NCBI RefSeq assembly: GCF_009914755.1
Contig: NC_060934.1
Strand: one strand, 5' to 3'
DNA: 64,000 nt
DNA from: the human T2T-CHM13v2.0 reference genome, Homo sapiens
Under the pieces are notes generated by a model. The model worked only from the letters and a program-made list of their open reading frames with translations, was not told the DNA's origin and did not search any database. This document shows, piece after piece, positions 13,601 to 30,282 of this stretch. Positions within the stretch are counted from its first letter, which is position 1. Every line of letters starts with the position of its first letter. The position numbers and the translations under genes were made by a program.

Positions 13601-14818
13601 TCTTAGCATTTATATTTTCCCCAGACCAAGCAAAAGGTCTTCTGTATCCAGTTGTCTTAAAGTCAGCTCAAACACATCCTGTCCAAGATGCTTTTATCTT
13701 CTCAATCCAATTTCTCTTTGAAATCTTTCTGTCAGTAGCAGCATGAGTATTTCAGATGCAGGATTTCTCATTTGACTTTATTTTTCTTCTCCTTCAATGA
13801 GAGAACTGGAAGTCAACAAGTAACCAAGTCCTACCAAGTCTTCAGTCATAGAGCAATTTATTGGGTACCATCTATGAGATAGGCACTGGAGATACAAAGA
13901 TAAACAAGATAATGCCATGTCCCCAAAGGGCTCATAGTCAAGCATCTCTCTCTTGATATTTTCATAGCTACCGTTGATGTTGTAGTTGGTCACCATTCTG
14001 TAGTTACTTGTCTACAACCAGCCCCTACCTGCTCTGATTTTTCTACACTACTCCCTCCCTCCTAATACTCCAACTTGCTTTCATTCATTATGCTGTCCGA
14101 ATACTTTCCCTAAAACAGTAAATTCAATTTGTAATTCCTTTGCTAGCAATATTGCTCTTGGGCTCCTGGTAGCTACAGAATGTCTGTGGACTTTACTCTG
14201 ATAACCAGATCTCCATGCATCAGATCCTTCCTTGTCTACCTGAAATTATCCTCTTTATCTTGCGTACCTAATAGTACAAGTTCATTGCTCCAGCCCAGCT
14301 GGCCTTGAATCTTATTGCCTTTCTTCCTGGCCTCATCACTCCCAAATTGGTCTCACCCTCCCTTTGCAGCCATCTTCAGAGTTATAGCTCAAGTTCTGCC
14401 TCTTTTCACAAAATATTTCAAAAAACTATATCCCACAGTGATCTTGCATTAATATATGACAGTATTTGTCTAAATCACTCATTCTGATATTCAATCATAA
14501 ATATTCATACTTATATTTCTTGTCTTTCTAAAGTGACTATAAATTCTTTGAGTTCAGTAAGAAAACATGACACTTTTTTGTTTACTTTCATGCATCCATT
14601 TCTTTAATATTTTTTTTTGTTGAGGCCCTATTTTGTGCCCAGCACTCTAGCAGGAACAAAAAAAGACTACAGTGCTCTAAACTATACAGTGCATAGTTTA
14701 GAAATATGCCCATAAAAAGAACATTACAATATAATAAATATTCAAGTCAATAAATAAATGTCTGTGTGCCTGTTCTCTTCTATGACAACAAAATGTATTA
14801 TAGCCCCAGAGGTTTACT

Positions 14819-15115
14819 TTTTTTTTTTTTTTGAGGTGGAGTCACTCTGTCAGCCAGCCTGCAGTGCAGTGGTACAATTTAGATCACTGCAACCTCTGCC
14901 TCTCAGGTTCAAGTGATTCTCCCGCCTCAGTGATTCTTCTGAGTACCTGGGATTACAAGTATGCCCCGTTATGCCCAGCTAATTTTTATATTTTTAGTAG
15001 AGATGAGGTTTCACCATGTTGGCCAGGCCAGTTTCGAACTCCTGGCCTCAAGTGATCCACCCACCTCAGCCTCCCAAAGTGCTTGGATTGCAGTTATGAG
15101 CCACTGCACCTGGCC
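14819..15115 (-). mobile_element. Alu
   Basis: Antisense dimer. TSD-like aga(g/t)gtttactt. Confidence 0.93.
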
Positions 15116-15560
15116 TAAGATGTTTACTTAAATTGGCCCTGAAGGGATGGATAGGCCATTTGGAGTAATTGTCATGGTTACTGATGCATTTTTTTTTAAT
15201 GTGAAAATGGTACTAAGGTAATAATGGCTGTACCCTCCATGGACCAGCCATCTATACAGATTCTATACCTCATAATCTGCAGCAGTGACTTTCATACATC
15301 TCTGGATTTGAAGAGACTGATTTTTGTCCAAAAAAAAGAAAGGAAAGGAAGACAAAAGATTTACAGATAATAAGTTATTAAATGGAGCCAGACATTGTGA
15401 GTGGATACTTATAGAGATGATTTAAGGCTCTGAATAAGGTTACCTTCCCCCAAGGGAATCCCCAAGAAGGGATTTCCTTCTGCTCCTATCGGGCATCTAA
15501 GTTAAGGGCAGATCTAAATCCAGCTCAGGATGGAAATGTTTCAAAGTTGGCCTTCAGTTC

Positions 15561-15863
15561 TTTTTTTTTTTTCTTTTGAGACGGAGTCTCTCTGTCATGT
15601 CACCCAGGCTAGAGGGCAATGGCACAATCTGCAACCTCTGCCTCCTGAGTTCAAGCGATTCTCCTGCCTCAGCCTCCTGAGTAGTTGGGATTACAAGTGC
15701 ATGCCACCACGCCTGGCTAATTTTTTTTTTTTTTTTTTGTATTTTTAGTAGAGACGGGGTTCCACCATGTTGGTCAGGCTGCTTTTGATCTCCTGATCTC
15801 GTGATCCACCTGCCTCAGCCTCCCAAAGTGCTGGGATTACAGGCGTGAGCCATACGCCCAGCC
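15561..15863 (-). mobile_element. AluS
   Basis: Antisense dimer. TSD ccttcagttctttt. Confidence 0.95.
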
Positions 15864-16999
15864 CCTTCAGTTCTTTTAAAAACTGGTTTTTCCAGGGATT
15901 CAAAGTTGGCCTTCAGTTCTTTTGAAAACTGGTTTTTCCAGGGATTGCTGGAAGCTCTGCTCAGCTTCTCTGCCTCTCAGCCAAATTTTGCTTTTGTATT
16001 CGGCAAGTTCTTTATGACAAAAACCAGCCCAAATTGATGGGTTCTTTTCACCTTCTGGGCTTTAGTCCTTTAAATTCTCCCTGCCTTCGTGGCAGGGAGG
16101 ACCTGCTCCAGTGTCCTCACACAGGTGTTTGGTAGACTTTGTTTTATTTTCATTACTCTCAAGAGGCTTGGTCTGAACTTAACAGCCAGAAGTAAAAGCT
16201 CCTATACTCCCTACTTTGATCATTACAGTCATTACAAATCTATCTTTCCAGCTAATTATCTTAGATTGATCCTCAATAGCTCACTACCTGAATCTCTCCC
16301 TCTTCTTTTTTTGTCTATTCTGCATATGCAGAAAGGTTTCTCAAAATCAGACTCTGTTATCACTTGTTGACCCTGTGATCATTTAGGTTATGATTGTGCA
16401 ATTTTCAATCTCATCTTCCTGCCACCAGGACCTCTCAAATCCAGTCTCAAATAGATTGAATTTGGCATAAAACGTCCTGGAAATGAAATCGTTAAACAGG
16501 AATCCCCTTTCCAGCCTCTCTTCCTAAAATATCAGATAGGAAAGATGTTTAATGGTATCCTCCAGGAAGTCATGATATCCATGTGTCTACCCAGTGGAGG
16601 GAAGATATACCCATTTTAGCTTTGACACCACCAGGAAGGCACTCTTTCACCTACTGGGGGTGGAGCAGAACCCTCCTCACATTGGTAGCAGAATCAAAGG
16701 CAGTTGGTCCAATCATACCAGCATATTCTGACTAAAGAAGGAACAGGCAGAGCCACTATATAAGGCAAACAAGAAGAGCTGCCTTCCCACATAAAAAAAG
16801 AGAACCATACTGCAGATATTTCTTAGAGTATTTTAGGGGAAAGCAAAATCTCTTTAGTAATTTTTTTACAAGTTTAATGCTTCAAGTAAACTTTGAAAAT
16901 AATGAGTAAAGATAAAGACATGTCTCTGGATTGTAATAGGATAAAATAATTTGGCATAGCACAAAATTGGAATGGGATGTACAGGAAAAAATCAGAATG

Positions 17000-17240
17000 T
17001 GGAAAAGGAGGAGGAAGAGGAAGAAGGAGGAGAAGGAGGGAGGAAGGAAGGAAAGAAGGAAGGAAGGAGAAGAAAAAGAATAAGGAGGAGGAGGAAAGAA
17101 GAAAGAAGAAGAGGAAGAGGAAAAAGGAGGAGGAGGAGGAAAGAAGAAAGAAGAAGAGGAAGAGGAAAAAGGAGGAGGAGGAGGAAAGAAGAAGAGAAAG
17201 GAGAAGATGATGAGGAAGAAGGAGGAGGAAAAAGAAAAGA
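17000..17240. repeat. GA-rich low-complexity polypurine tract with an internal ~42-bp tandem duplication
   Basis: ggaggaggaggaaagaagaaagaagaagaggaagaggaaaaa repeated. Confidence 0.9.
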
Positions 17241-17942
17241 AGCCCCGCCCCCCAAAAAAACCAGAGCAATCTAGACCAAGCACAGAGACAACTGACCTTG
17301 ATCTATGATATGTGGAGGTATGGGGGTAAGAACTATCAGATAAGTACTGATGCTGCCTCACTGCATATTGCTTTAACAAAATTTATTCCTGTCTGGATGG
17401 GCTACAAGTTTTCCAGCTACAGCCCTATAATGGTCAAGTGATAACCTGGTTTTGCCAGTTGACACCTCCTTCCTGGGTTATTACTTAAAGCAACTCACGC
17501 CCCTGAATGTCACTTGTGTTAAAAAGTGAATGAGGAAAAACTGGTAGAAAACAAAAGTTGTTCTAAAGGGATGGGATTAGAGATTATGTTTTCCAAACAT
17601 ACTTTAATACGATGACATTTTATTTACTAAACAAATAAATACTAAATGTAAATGGTACCAAAAAACACAACATCTTCTAAAATATAACTTACAAAACATA
17701 CTAAAATCTTTCTTTTGAATTTGGGAACTTTTGTAATTCAAACAGTAACATAATGCAAATTTATACACAAGAGATGGAGATGGAATGCCCTGTGCCTCAT
17801 GAGAGGGTCTTAGAATTCAGTTGGCCTCATTGCCAGCTGGGGTTGGTTCTACTTCTCTTTTTAATAACATATTGCCTATTTTTCTACAAAGCAAATGAAC
17901 AAGACATTTTTAAAATCTCATATTATTTATGAAAAAAATTAC

Positions 17943-18029
17943 CTAAAATTTGCATATTCTTCTGCTTGCCGTTTCCATGGACAACTCTGTATATCTGTGA
18001 TAATCTGAAGGTAGTCGTTCTCTGAATAC
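17943..18029 (-). CDS. ST8SIA6: ST8SIA6 coding exon (exon 4, 87 nt, phase 2-2): (G)YSENDYLQIITDIQSCPWKRQAEEYANF(R)
   Basis: Minus strand reads ttaatttttag|GTATTCAGAG...AATTTTAG|gtaatt with 28 open codons. The peptide is recognised as ST8SIA6 stem. Confidence 0.96.
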   Translation of the reverse strand, partial: VFRERLPSDYHRYTELSMETASRRICKF

Positions 18030-18799
18030 CTAAAAATTAAATGTCAATATAATTAGAAAATAATGATCTCATATGTAAGTCTTCTTAGAAGATACTGTTA
18101 TAATCTACTCCCTTTAGTCTATAAATATTTTTTGATATAAGGTGAGGCAGAAATAATTAAAATCATACTCATTTCAAAACACTGAGAAAATACAATTTGT
18201 AAATGATTATTATGTTGGTTTAGGGATTTATAATTTGCACATGTCATAAGCCAAGTGTAGTATTAAAAACCGTGACAACACACCAACTTGCATATGTATC
18301 TAATGGACATTTCACCTTGGCTTAAAATAATTGACAAATATATATTTATAGATGTTTTATAGATGTTTGCCATAAATATGTACTCAATAGATTTTTTCAG
18401 ACTCTAAGTTCACATATTTACCTTGGAATGTATAGGCAAAATTTTCCTCCAAATAATTATCTTAAGTTATAATTTTGAACTGTACATTCAACACCCAGAT
18501 TGGACTGTTGAGAGAGAAGTTTATTGACATAAAAATCTATAGGTAGAGTGGTATAGTTTGAGAAGCACTGAGCAGGATCCCAGTCCCTGGTAGATCTCTC
18601 CCTGTCTGAAATTCCACCATTAAGTATTAATTTCTAAAGCACAGAATATCCTTTAGTCTTTGCGTTCTCATTTGAAATGCAAGTATCCCTTTGAGTGAGA
18701 AAACTCTTAAATTTTATTTCAATTAGTAACTTATTCATTAGTTGCCAGGTATTAGTGATCAAAGGCTCTACAACAATGAGATAGAATATATGTTGAAGA

Positions 18800-19943
18800 C
18801 ATAATGGAGAAGAAAAATGAAACCAGACTAATATCTAGATTGACAGAACATGATGAGTACTGGGAACGGAAAATATTCACATATACATGAAAGACTTTTT
18901 CTTATTTTTCTAAGTCTTCTTGAAAGAAAATTGTTTAAAGTGACTATAATAATATTTGAGGTGGGCTTATATATGTAGACATAAATGCATGAACTATAGA
19001 ACAAAGGCCAGAAAGAGGTGGGGGTGGGAAAGTGGAAATAGAAGTGATATAAATCATTTGACAACTGACACCAATAAGAAAAAGATGAACACTCTTCACC
19101 TAAAACAACGAGCAAAACCAAACAAAATCATTAAAATGTTATCATAAAAATAATCCAAAGGCAGGCAGAAAAAGAGGGAAGGGAACAAAGAACAGGTAAA
19201 TAGAGAACAAACAGCAAGATGGCAGATTTAGGCCCAACTGTGTGACTAATCTCAACAAATATAAATGATCTAGGCATACCAATTAAAAGGCAAAAAATTT
19301 CAAACTGGGAGAAGAAAGAAGATGACGAAGAAGAAGAAGAGGAAGAAGGGAAGAAGAAGAGGAAAAGGAAGAAGAAGAAGAAGGAGGAGGAGGAGAAGAA
19401 GAAGGAGAAGAAGAGGGAGAAGAAGAATCAACCAATCCACATGTTGTCTACATGAAGCATATTTTGTATAAATAAGCAAATAAAAGTAAAAAGAATCATT
19501 AAAACAAAGTTAGAAGGGCTATATTCATAGTGTATTTCTGAGCAAGGAATATTACTACAAGAAAATAATATTCCCAAGCAAAGAATATTAGTGAAAAATG
19601 AGATTAGAGTAGAAATTGATAAAATCTTTAAAATTCAATGAGATGAAAAGCTTGTTCTTTGAAAACATCAATTAAATTGATAAAAACTCTTGCCACACTG
19701 ATTAGAAAAAAGTCAGAGAAGATACAAATGACCAGTACCAGAAATGAGAGAGGATGGAGCATTAAGAATCCTTAAAACATTAAAAGTATAATAACTTTAT
19801 GCCAAAATAGTTGGTGACTTAGGTGCAGTGGAGATATGTGTTGAAAGACACAAACTACCAAAGGCCACTCAAGAAGAAATTAATAACATAAATAGTCCTA
19901 TAGCCATTAATAATATTGATTTTGTAATTAAAATTCTTCCTAC

Positions 19944-19982
<39 letters not shown>

Positions 19983-20690
19983 CCCAAATGGCTTCACTGG
20001 AGAATTTTATCAAACATTTAAGGAATATTAATACCAATTGTATGCAAAGTCTTCTAGAAAATTGAAGGGAGTAAGATACTTCCCAACTCACTATATGAGA
20101 ACAGGGTTACCCTGATACAAAAATAAGGAAAAGACATTGGGAAAAAAAAAAAAAAACCGGGCAGGCCAACATTTCTTATAAAGATAGATGCAAAAAATCC
20201 TCGACAAAATATTATTGAATTGAATCCAACAACATGAAGAAAGGATAAAGCACTGTGACCTACTGAGGGGTATATCAGAAATTTGGTTTATTTTAAAATC
20301 AATCAAAGCAGCTCACCATATTAACATAATTTTAAAAAGCACAAATAATAATCTCAGCACACAAAAGGATTTGACCTGATCCAACATTCAGCAATGACAA
20401 AAACCCTCACTGTAAAACAGAATTTCCACAATTTGATAAAGGACATTTGCAAAAACACCTATGGCTAGGATCATACTTAATGGTGAAAGACTGAATGATG
20501 AATGCTTTCCCCCTAAAATCAGGAAAAAGACATGATTGTCCACTTTCACCATCTCTATTCCACATTGTATTAGAGGTCCAACCAATGCAATAAAGAAGAA
20601 AAGGAAATAAAGCCATCCAGATTAAAAAGGAAATAGTAAAACTGTCTTTATTCAGAGATGACATAATCATCTAATGATTGTAGAAATGAT
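18800..20690 (+). mobile_element. Old L1M fragments (degraded ORF2) with (GAA)n at 19310-19425 and (CA)n at 19947-19980
   Basis: ggcccaaatggcttcactggagaattttatcaaacatttaagg and cttaatggtgaaagactgaatg are L1 ORF2 hallmarks. Confidence 0.8.
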
Positions 20691-21128
20691 GTATACATAT
20701 TCCAACACTTGACAAATTATACACTTAAGTTGAAGTTCATTGAACATTACTCCTCAAAAAACTTTTAAATGTTTATTACTAAACTAAAAATTATATTTTC
20801 AATGATGCTATAACTAAGATAATAAGCATTACATATCAGCCATTTTTAAGGATCAAATATCTAAAATTTGAAATTTGATTTATTATGAACCTACAGTATA
20901 TTTAAATTGATATACTTTTTTAAAGAGTTCCCTGGATAGCTAAGATGCTACTTCCTATGAGCGCTCAGACTGCTTTGACCAACGTTTCTATAATAGCCTC
21001 TCTCATGTTAAATTTAATTATGACTTTACATGTTGGTTTCTTGGTCTCGTCCTTCCCCTCAGGACTTTGAGGACTGACCTTTTCTAGCCCAGCACAATCC
21101 CTACGACATGCTGATTTGTTTTCATTAA

Positions 21129-21438
<310 letters not shown>

Positions 21439-22039
21439 TGGAAATGCATGTTTAAATATAAATACAACATGTAATGAGGTCATAAACTATTCTGAATAAG
21501 CTCAAAGCTTGGATTATGATTTCCACTTAAAACTTCCCTCAGTACTGACTTACTTCCACTGACTTTTCCTATTTACAAATCTCCCCATTTAAAGCCCAGC
21601 CCTCCTTCAATGTATCTATCGCTTGAGAATTCTCACGTTAGAGCTCAATAGCTCATTAGTCAATTTTCTCAATCCAGTAATCCAATTCAGCTAGTTTCTT
21701 AGCATTAAAGGCATGCATATGTGTGTGTGTGTGTGTGTCCTGTTAAACTACTACCCCCTTTTTCCATGAGTAACGCATACATTAACTGTACCCATCTTCC
21801 TTTTTGAGCTCCCTCAATAATGATCAATGTAGAACTTGCCAATTAGTTCACATAGGAAATTGAGAAAGGGGTTTATATTGCTTGGTAGTAGTGATGTAAC
21901 CTCTGCAACTTAAAGAATACAATAAATCCCTCCTTTTGGCTGACTCGTGGACTTGAGAGTAATCTCCTTTCTCAGCCCTCTTTGTTGGCATGGCATGGGT
22001 GTGAGGATCCTCTCGTCCTTTCCTCCATACTTTATCTTA

Positions 22040-22235
22040 TTAATATGCTGGAGTTGGCTCATACAAGCTTATGGGAGCTGACCGCTAAGCTTTCAGGAAT
22101 GTTGTGAACAGGTTATTAAACTATTGGTAGCTTGAAATCAGCCAAAGTGGAAGCATTTACACCACAGGAATTGGCAAATTTGACAAATCAGGTTTCTCTG
22201 CTTCCCCCCTCCACCCAAGCTGATAGTAAAACATG
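22040..22235 (+). mobile_element. MER63A-like hAT fossil
   Basis: tgctggagttggctcatac...ttggtagcttgaaatcagcc...atttacaccacaggaattggcaa. Confidence 0.7.
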
Positions 22236-23802
22236 AATGAGCTCACCATAGCTCCTATACTTCTCATCCCAGCTGTGAGCCTGTTGGGCTGGCTCATACT
22301 CATTCATTATCCCCATAGTTTGAGCTTCATTGAGGCTTGCTGAAAAGGCCAGGTAAGACTTTGCTGCCACATCTAACTCATCAAATAAGACTGATCCAGA
22401 GAGGTTCTGGGTTATACAAAACTATCATATAACATCCAAACAGCAAGTACTACCTTAGCAAATTAAAGATTACTTTATTACTACCAAAATTTTGTGCAAA
22501 TGCTCCTGATACTTTTATTTTAGCTTACTTGAAAAGCAGAGATTGTTTTGCAATCATTCTTGCCTGTATATTGAGCTTAGTCTGGAACATTAAAATTGCC
22601 ATCCATGGACAACTGGGAAAAATGTGCATTGTAGAATATGGATAGTCTTTAAAATATTTTGTTTTAAACATCACTCCCCCTATATGTTGTAGCTGGTTCC
22701 AATTTAACCTAATATTGAAAGACGCCAATCATAATGTATCTAAGCTTACTGGTAGGTTAGCTGAATAAAATGGCCTTTGACTTTATGGTAACTGGTATGT
22801 AAAACCAAGTGAATACCTTATAGCAGACCCATCTATTATTAGATATACTTCTGGCCATTTTACAATTGGAAGACAGTACTCAAGGTACTTACTCCCTGAG
22901 ATTAAGTGTTCAAAAAATCATTTTTATGTCCAATCTGGAAATGAAGCCTTATCCTCTGACGTTATAGAGGGGAAGACAAAAGAATAAGGGATATAAAAGG
23001 GAATTTTTTTCTAAGTGCTTGCCCTTTTTAGTGAAAGTTAAATCACCAACAGCTTTTTGAGAAAATTAAGATTGCCACAGGATCATCACAATTATAAAAT
23101 GGAAGCATGGTTGTAACCAAAAATCATTTGAGGAGGAAAAACCACATGTGTGCTCCAGCTGTGGGCCAAGTTGGGGATAGGTGTATCTCTGCAACAGCTT
23201 CCTGTTAAGTAAAATGTTCTAAATCACATCATATTTTCTGCACACTTACATATATAATTGATTTTCAGTTTATAAAGCACAGATCTCACCCCAAAATCTT
23301 GGGAGGTAGCTCTGCTTCAGATATCATTTCTGTTTTTCTGGATGACAAAACTGAAAGTTCTGAGAAGATAAACAGCTTGCTCAATATTGCCTTGTATGTA
23401 GATGAGCTAAGAATTAAACTCATGTCTTTTGATTCACATTCTGGCTCTTACCAATATATCATATTGTATCTCATCTATTTTCATAATGAAATTGAAAATT
23501 AATCCCATCAGAAATGTTTTCTGTCCCAAGACATAAAATAAATCACACTAAATAATGCAGCAAGTTATGTTCAAAAGAATAATGTCTATTTAAATCATTA
23601 TTAGTAATACTCGAACCACAAATTATAAATAACCTACTAAATGATAATAAATGTCATATTAAAATTTTAAACATTTTTCTAGAAACGTCTCTTTGAAGAT
23701 GAAGACCCACATGCTGTGACTACTTTTATCTCAATTAAGATATAAATAGGGCTTTTCAAGCACTATAATTTATGGTTAATTAATAAAATGGTTAAATATT
23801 TA

Positions 23803-24169
23803 CAGTAGTTCCCCCTTACATATGGTTTCATCCTCTTCAGTTCCAGCCACCCATGGTGAACCACAGTCCAAAAATATTAAATGGAACCTTCCAGAAATAA
23901 ACAATTCATAAGTTTAAAATCGTGGACTGCTCTGAGTGAGCTATGAAATCTCACATCATCCTGCTCCATCCTGCCTGGGATGTAAATCATCCCTCCATTC
24001 AGCAGATCCACCCTGTCTGTGCCACCTGCCTGCTGACTTAGTTACTTAGTAGCCATCTCAGTTATGAAACTGAAAGAACATAGTATACATAGGGTTCTGC
24101 ATTATCTGTGGATTCAGGCATCCAAAGAGGGTCTTGAAAAATATCCCATGCAGATAAGGGGAACTACTG
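23803..24169. mobile_element. MER44A-like (Tigger/TcMar) MITE
   Basis: TIRs cagtagttcccccttac / gataaggggaactactg, flanked by TA on both sides. Confidence 0.85.
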
Positions 24170-25009
24170 TATTGGGTACTTACTAAGTACATAGAAGTTA
24201 TCTTGGAGATACTGATTTACTAGTCTTATGTAAGCAGCTGAGATACCAATTTGGTTTCCTATGACATCTCTTCATGGTGAAAGCCAGCCATTTTTCATCC
24301 ATTGAAATGGGTGGGAACAACACAGTAATATTAAGTCAGTAGTTTTCTGAGTGATGTTCTGTGTAGATCAAAAAGTCTTTTGCAGCATTTTCACCAAGCC
24401 CCTGAAGAGCTCAGCTCTGCTTGAAAAAATTCTGCAAACGAGTACAGTGCTACAAGACTTTCAGTCAATACAGTCAATCATTTCCACTGGGTAATACTCT
24501 TTAAAGGAATAGCTAATGAGTGTATGAAAGCCAAACTAGGAGAAGTGTGTGGCTGGTAGACTGAGTTGAGCTATGCAGTGGCACCGACATTTCATCCACT
24601 AAAGGTAGAAGAGTTCAATTTACATTGTTTTCAGCTATGCACGATGGTAACTTCTAATTAGAGTGTCATGGGTATTGTCAACCAGCATGGGAAAAAGGGA
24701 TCTGCAACTTTTATTTTCTCCATATCTTTAAATGTCCCTAAGACAAGTTAAATAAATATTAGAACACAGCTTCAGAGATTAACTCCTGAAGATGCCAATG
24801 TACTTCTTCACAGCCCCAGTGAAATCTCCAAAGTGCTGTACTGTATTATTTGAAAAAGCCAGGCATCCTTTTCTTTTTTTTTTTCAAGGGATGCTTCCTT
24901 TGTTCTACAAAATTAACTTATTGGGTACTGGTATTAAGTATATACTTAAGATGTGCTAGGAAATGCTGTGAGCAGTGACTAACCTCAGCCAACCAAGAGG
25001 GAATGGTGT

Positions 25010-25427
25010 ATCTGTTTACAAAGAGGTGGGATGTGACGTAGCAAAAGCTATAGATTGGTGGAGCACACTAGGGCCGTCAACAGGGTAGAGTAAGAGAGCT
25101 GTTACCACCCCCAAATCTACAGGTGACCCAGAAAGAGCTGTGATTGTAGGTGAAGACAAGGGTGGTAGCCTTTGGTAGAAGATGCAGTCATCCCTAATCC
25201 CAGCCCACAGAGAGGGATCCATGGGAGTAAATCCCCCAAACTGTCTCTCTTTCCACCTTCCATTCTCCTGCCAATGACTCCCATAGGCCAAACCTAACCA
25301 GAACCCAAAGGGTAAGAGAAAGAGGGTCCAACTAATGTAGTCCAAGGAAGTCAGCCTCAAGGACATGCAGCAAGAAGAAAAAGCACAGATGGTAGATCTG
25401 AATGATCAGCCAAGAATTTATAGCACA
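25010..25427 (-). mobile_element. LTR33-like ERVL LTR
   Basis: ctcccataggccaaacctaaccagaacccaaagg motif typical of this group. Confidence 0.55.
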
Positions 25428-25573
25428 AACAGCAATTTATTTATGATGTTAGTTCTCAGCATTATTTTGGGGTAACTGAATTGTACTTCAATGGAAAATT
25501 TGATACAATGCCAAAATCAAGCAGTAGCTCACAGCAAAATACAAAACAGAATTTTCAGTATCTTGAAGCTTCG

Positions 25574-25935
25574 TGTATTAGTCCATTTTCATACTGCTAT
25601 GAAGAAATACCCAAGACTGGGTAATTCATAAAGAAAAAGAGGTTTAATGAACTCACAGTTCACCATGGCTGGGGAGGCCTCACAAACATGGAGGAAGGCA
25701 AAGGAGGAGCAAGTGTACATCTTACATGGTGGCAGGCAAGAGAATATGTGCAGGGGAACTGCCCTTTATAAAACCATCAGATCTCTTGAGACCTATTTAC
25801 TGTCATGAGAACAGCACGAGAAAACCCGCCCCCATGATTCAATTACCTCCCCCCAGGTCCTTCCCACAACACATGGAGATTATGGGAGCTGTAATTCAAG
25901 ATGAGACTTGGGTGAGGACACAGCCAACCATATCA
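25574..25935 (-). mobile_element. THE1 (MaLR) solo LTR
   Basis: tgtattagtccattttcatactgc...gccaaccatatca. TSD cttcg/cttct. Confidence 0.92.
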
Positions 25936-26541
25936 CTTCTTCTTCACAAATATCTGCAACCTGCAAATATATCACCAGGATAAAGAGAATCAATAAACAA
26001 ATAATGAGTCTGATATTTAAGAGTTTTGAATTTCCTCTTGTCATACAATCACTGTTAGATTTCTAAAGATGAAAAAAATGATGACCCATTTTTCAAGTTT
26101 CAAGGAAATCTCCAGATGTATAAGAGAATATTGAGAGATGAAAGTGACAATTTAGTGATCTTATACCATCAGTTTTTACAAGTAAGACCTATAAATTGCA
26201 GAGTCTGATAAAACCAATAAATTCACTATTTCACCATTTCTTGAAGTTACAACAGTAAATAAGCAAGCATGCATAAAACACCTGCTAAGATTCTTAAACC
26301 ATATATGAGTGGCTATTAACCTTTTGCATCTTTAATTGTCCGAACACACATAAGCAGAGCTGACCCTTCCCTCCCTCCTGACTCTCCTTTGCACCACCCC
26401 TATATCTATTACGTATCCGTACAGCACTTATCCTTTTATTTTCATATATTTATTGAAAAAATATTTATTGCGCATTTGCTATGCATGAGACACTGTTCTA
26501 TGCATCAGTAATAACCAACAAAACACAAAAATCTATGTTCT

Positions 26542-26935
<394 letters not shown>

Positions 26936-27354
26936 TTAAAGTGCTAGGTACTTCAATGTACTAAGTAATACAAAAACAAAAAAAAAGGAAAGAAGGACAA
27001 TAGAAAAAGAAAGTACGAGGAATAGTGTTGCAGTTTGTGTAGAGTGGCCAAGGAAGCCCTCACTGAGAGGTGGTAATTGAGCAAATACTTGAAAAAAGTA
27101 TTAAGTAATTAATAAAGTAATAATTAAGTAAGCTGTGCAAATATAAGGGGGTGGTGCAAGTGTGGGGAGACCATTCTGGGCAAAATGAAAGAAATTGTAA
27201 AGGCTGGAGGTAAAGGCAGGCATGGTGTGTTTGAGGGACACGAAATGATGTGGGTGGCTGTAATCCACCTCTGAGTCACTCATGAATCCAGTCATGAAGG
27301 TGGCAGGAGATGAGATCAGAAAGGTAATAAGAAGTCTGATGCTATTGGCCTTGC

Positions 27355-27495
27355 TATTCAAAGGGTGGACCTGAGACTAGTGGTACTGGCATCACATAGG
27401 ATAGGCTTGTTAAGAATGCAGTATCTCAGGCCCCATCCCTGACTCACAAAATTAGAATCTATATTGAAACAAAATCCCACAGGTGATATGTAGTT
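27355..27495. mobile_element. MER5A-like hAT fossil
   Basis: gcttgttaagaatgcagtatctcaggccccatccc...aacaaaatcccacaggtgat. Confidence 0.65.
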
Positions 27496-27499
27496 AAAA

Positions 27500-29210
<1,711 letters not shown>

Positions 29211-29219
29211 ATATTTGGG

Positions 29220-29929
29220 AAGCACTTGTAAGAAACTTGCAGGTCACTGGAAGAACTTTGTCCTTTATTTTGAGTGAAATTAAAAGACTTTGGAGCAGAG
29301 AAGTTATCTGTCTACTTACAGAAATAGGATCCCCCTACCTACTTTGTTGAAAATAGTCCTTAAGAGAGCAAGAGGTAGAAGTTGAGAGAAAATTAAGAGA
29401 TGTTTGCCATAATCCAGCAGCAGGATGAAGGTGGCTTAAACCAAAGTAGGATTGGTGGGGTTAGGAAGAAATCAGCAGCTTCTGGATTTGATTTGAAGGT
29501 AGCCAATAAGATTTAATTATAGATGGGACATGGTATGGCTAAAAAGAGAGGAATCAAGGATAACTTCAAAGTTTCAGGCCCAAGGAACTGACAGGATAGA
29601 CACGTCATTAACTGATACAGGGAAGAGTGCTAAAGTGCAAAGTTGAGAGGGAATTCCAGGACATCAGTGTGAGACAGACTAGGTTTGAGATCCCTTACAG
29701 GCATTCCAGGAAAGCTCTGACTGGGCAGAGATACATACAAATCTGCAAAGAGGTTCAGGTGGGAGATAGAAATTTGAGAATTGTCAGTATGGTATTTAAA
29801 AACATGAGACTAAATGAGGTCCCGGATGGATGAGGATGAAGAGAAATGAGGCCTGAGGATTGAATTCTGGGGCATCCAGTGTCAAAAATAAGGAGACGTG
29901 AGAAGGAATCTACAGTGAAGAATGAGAAG

Positions 29930-29930
<1 letters not shown>
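29220..29930. mobile_element. L2 fragment. Other L2 remnants lie at about 3380-4230, 9440-9660, 26440-27350, 35870-35995, 50440-52190 and 54600-56090
   Basis: Degenerate L2-like motifs. Confidence 0.55.

Positions 29931-30282
<352 letters not shown>

Noticed and set aside
16874-17379. Several 77-165 aa ORFs on both strands
   Set aside because: They arise from the GA-rich low-complexity tract, which lacks stop codons, and have no protein homology.
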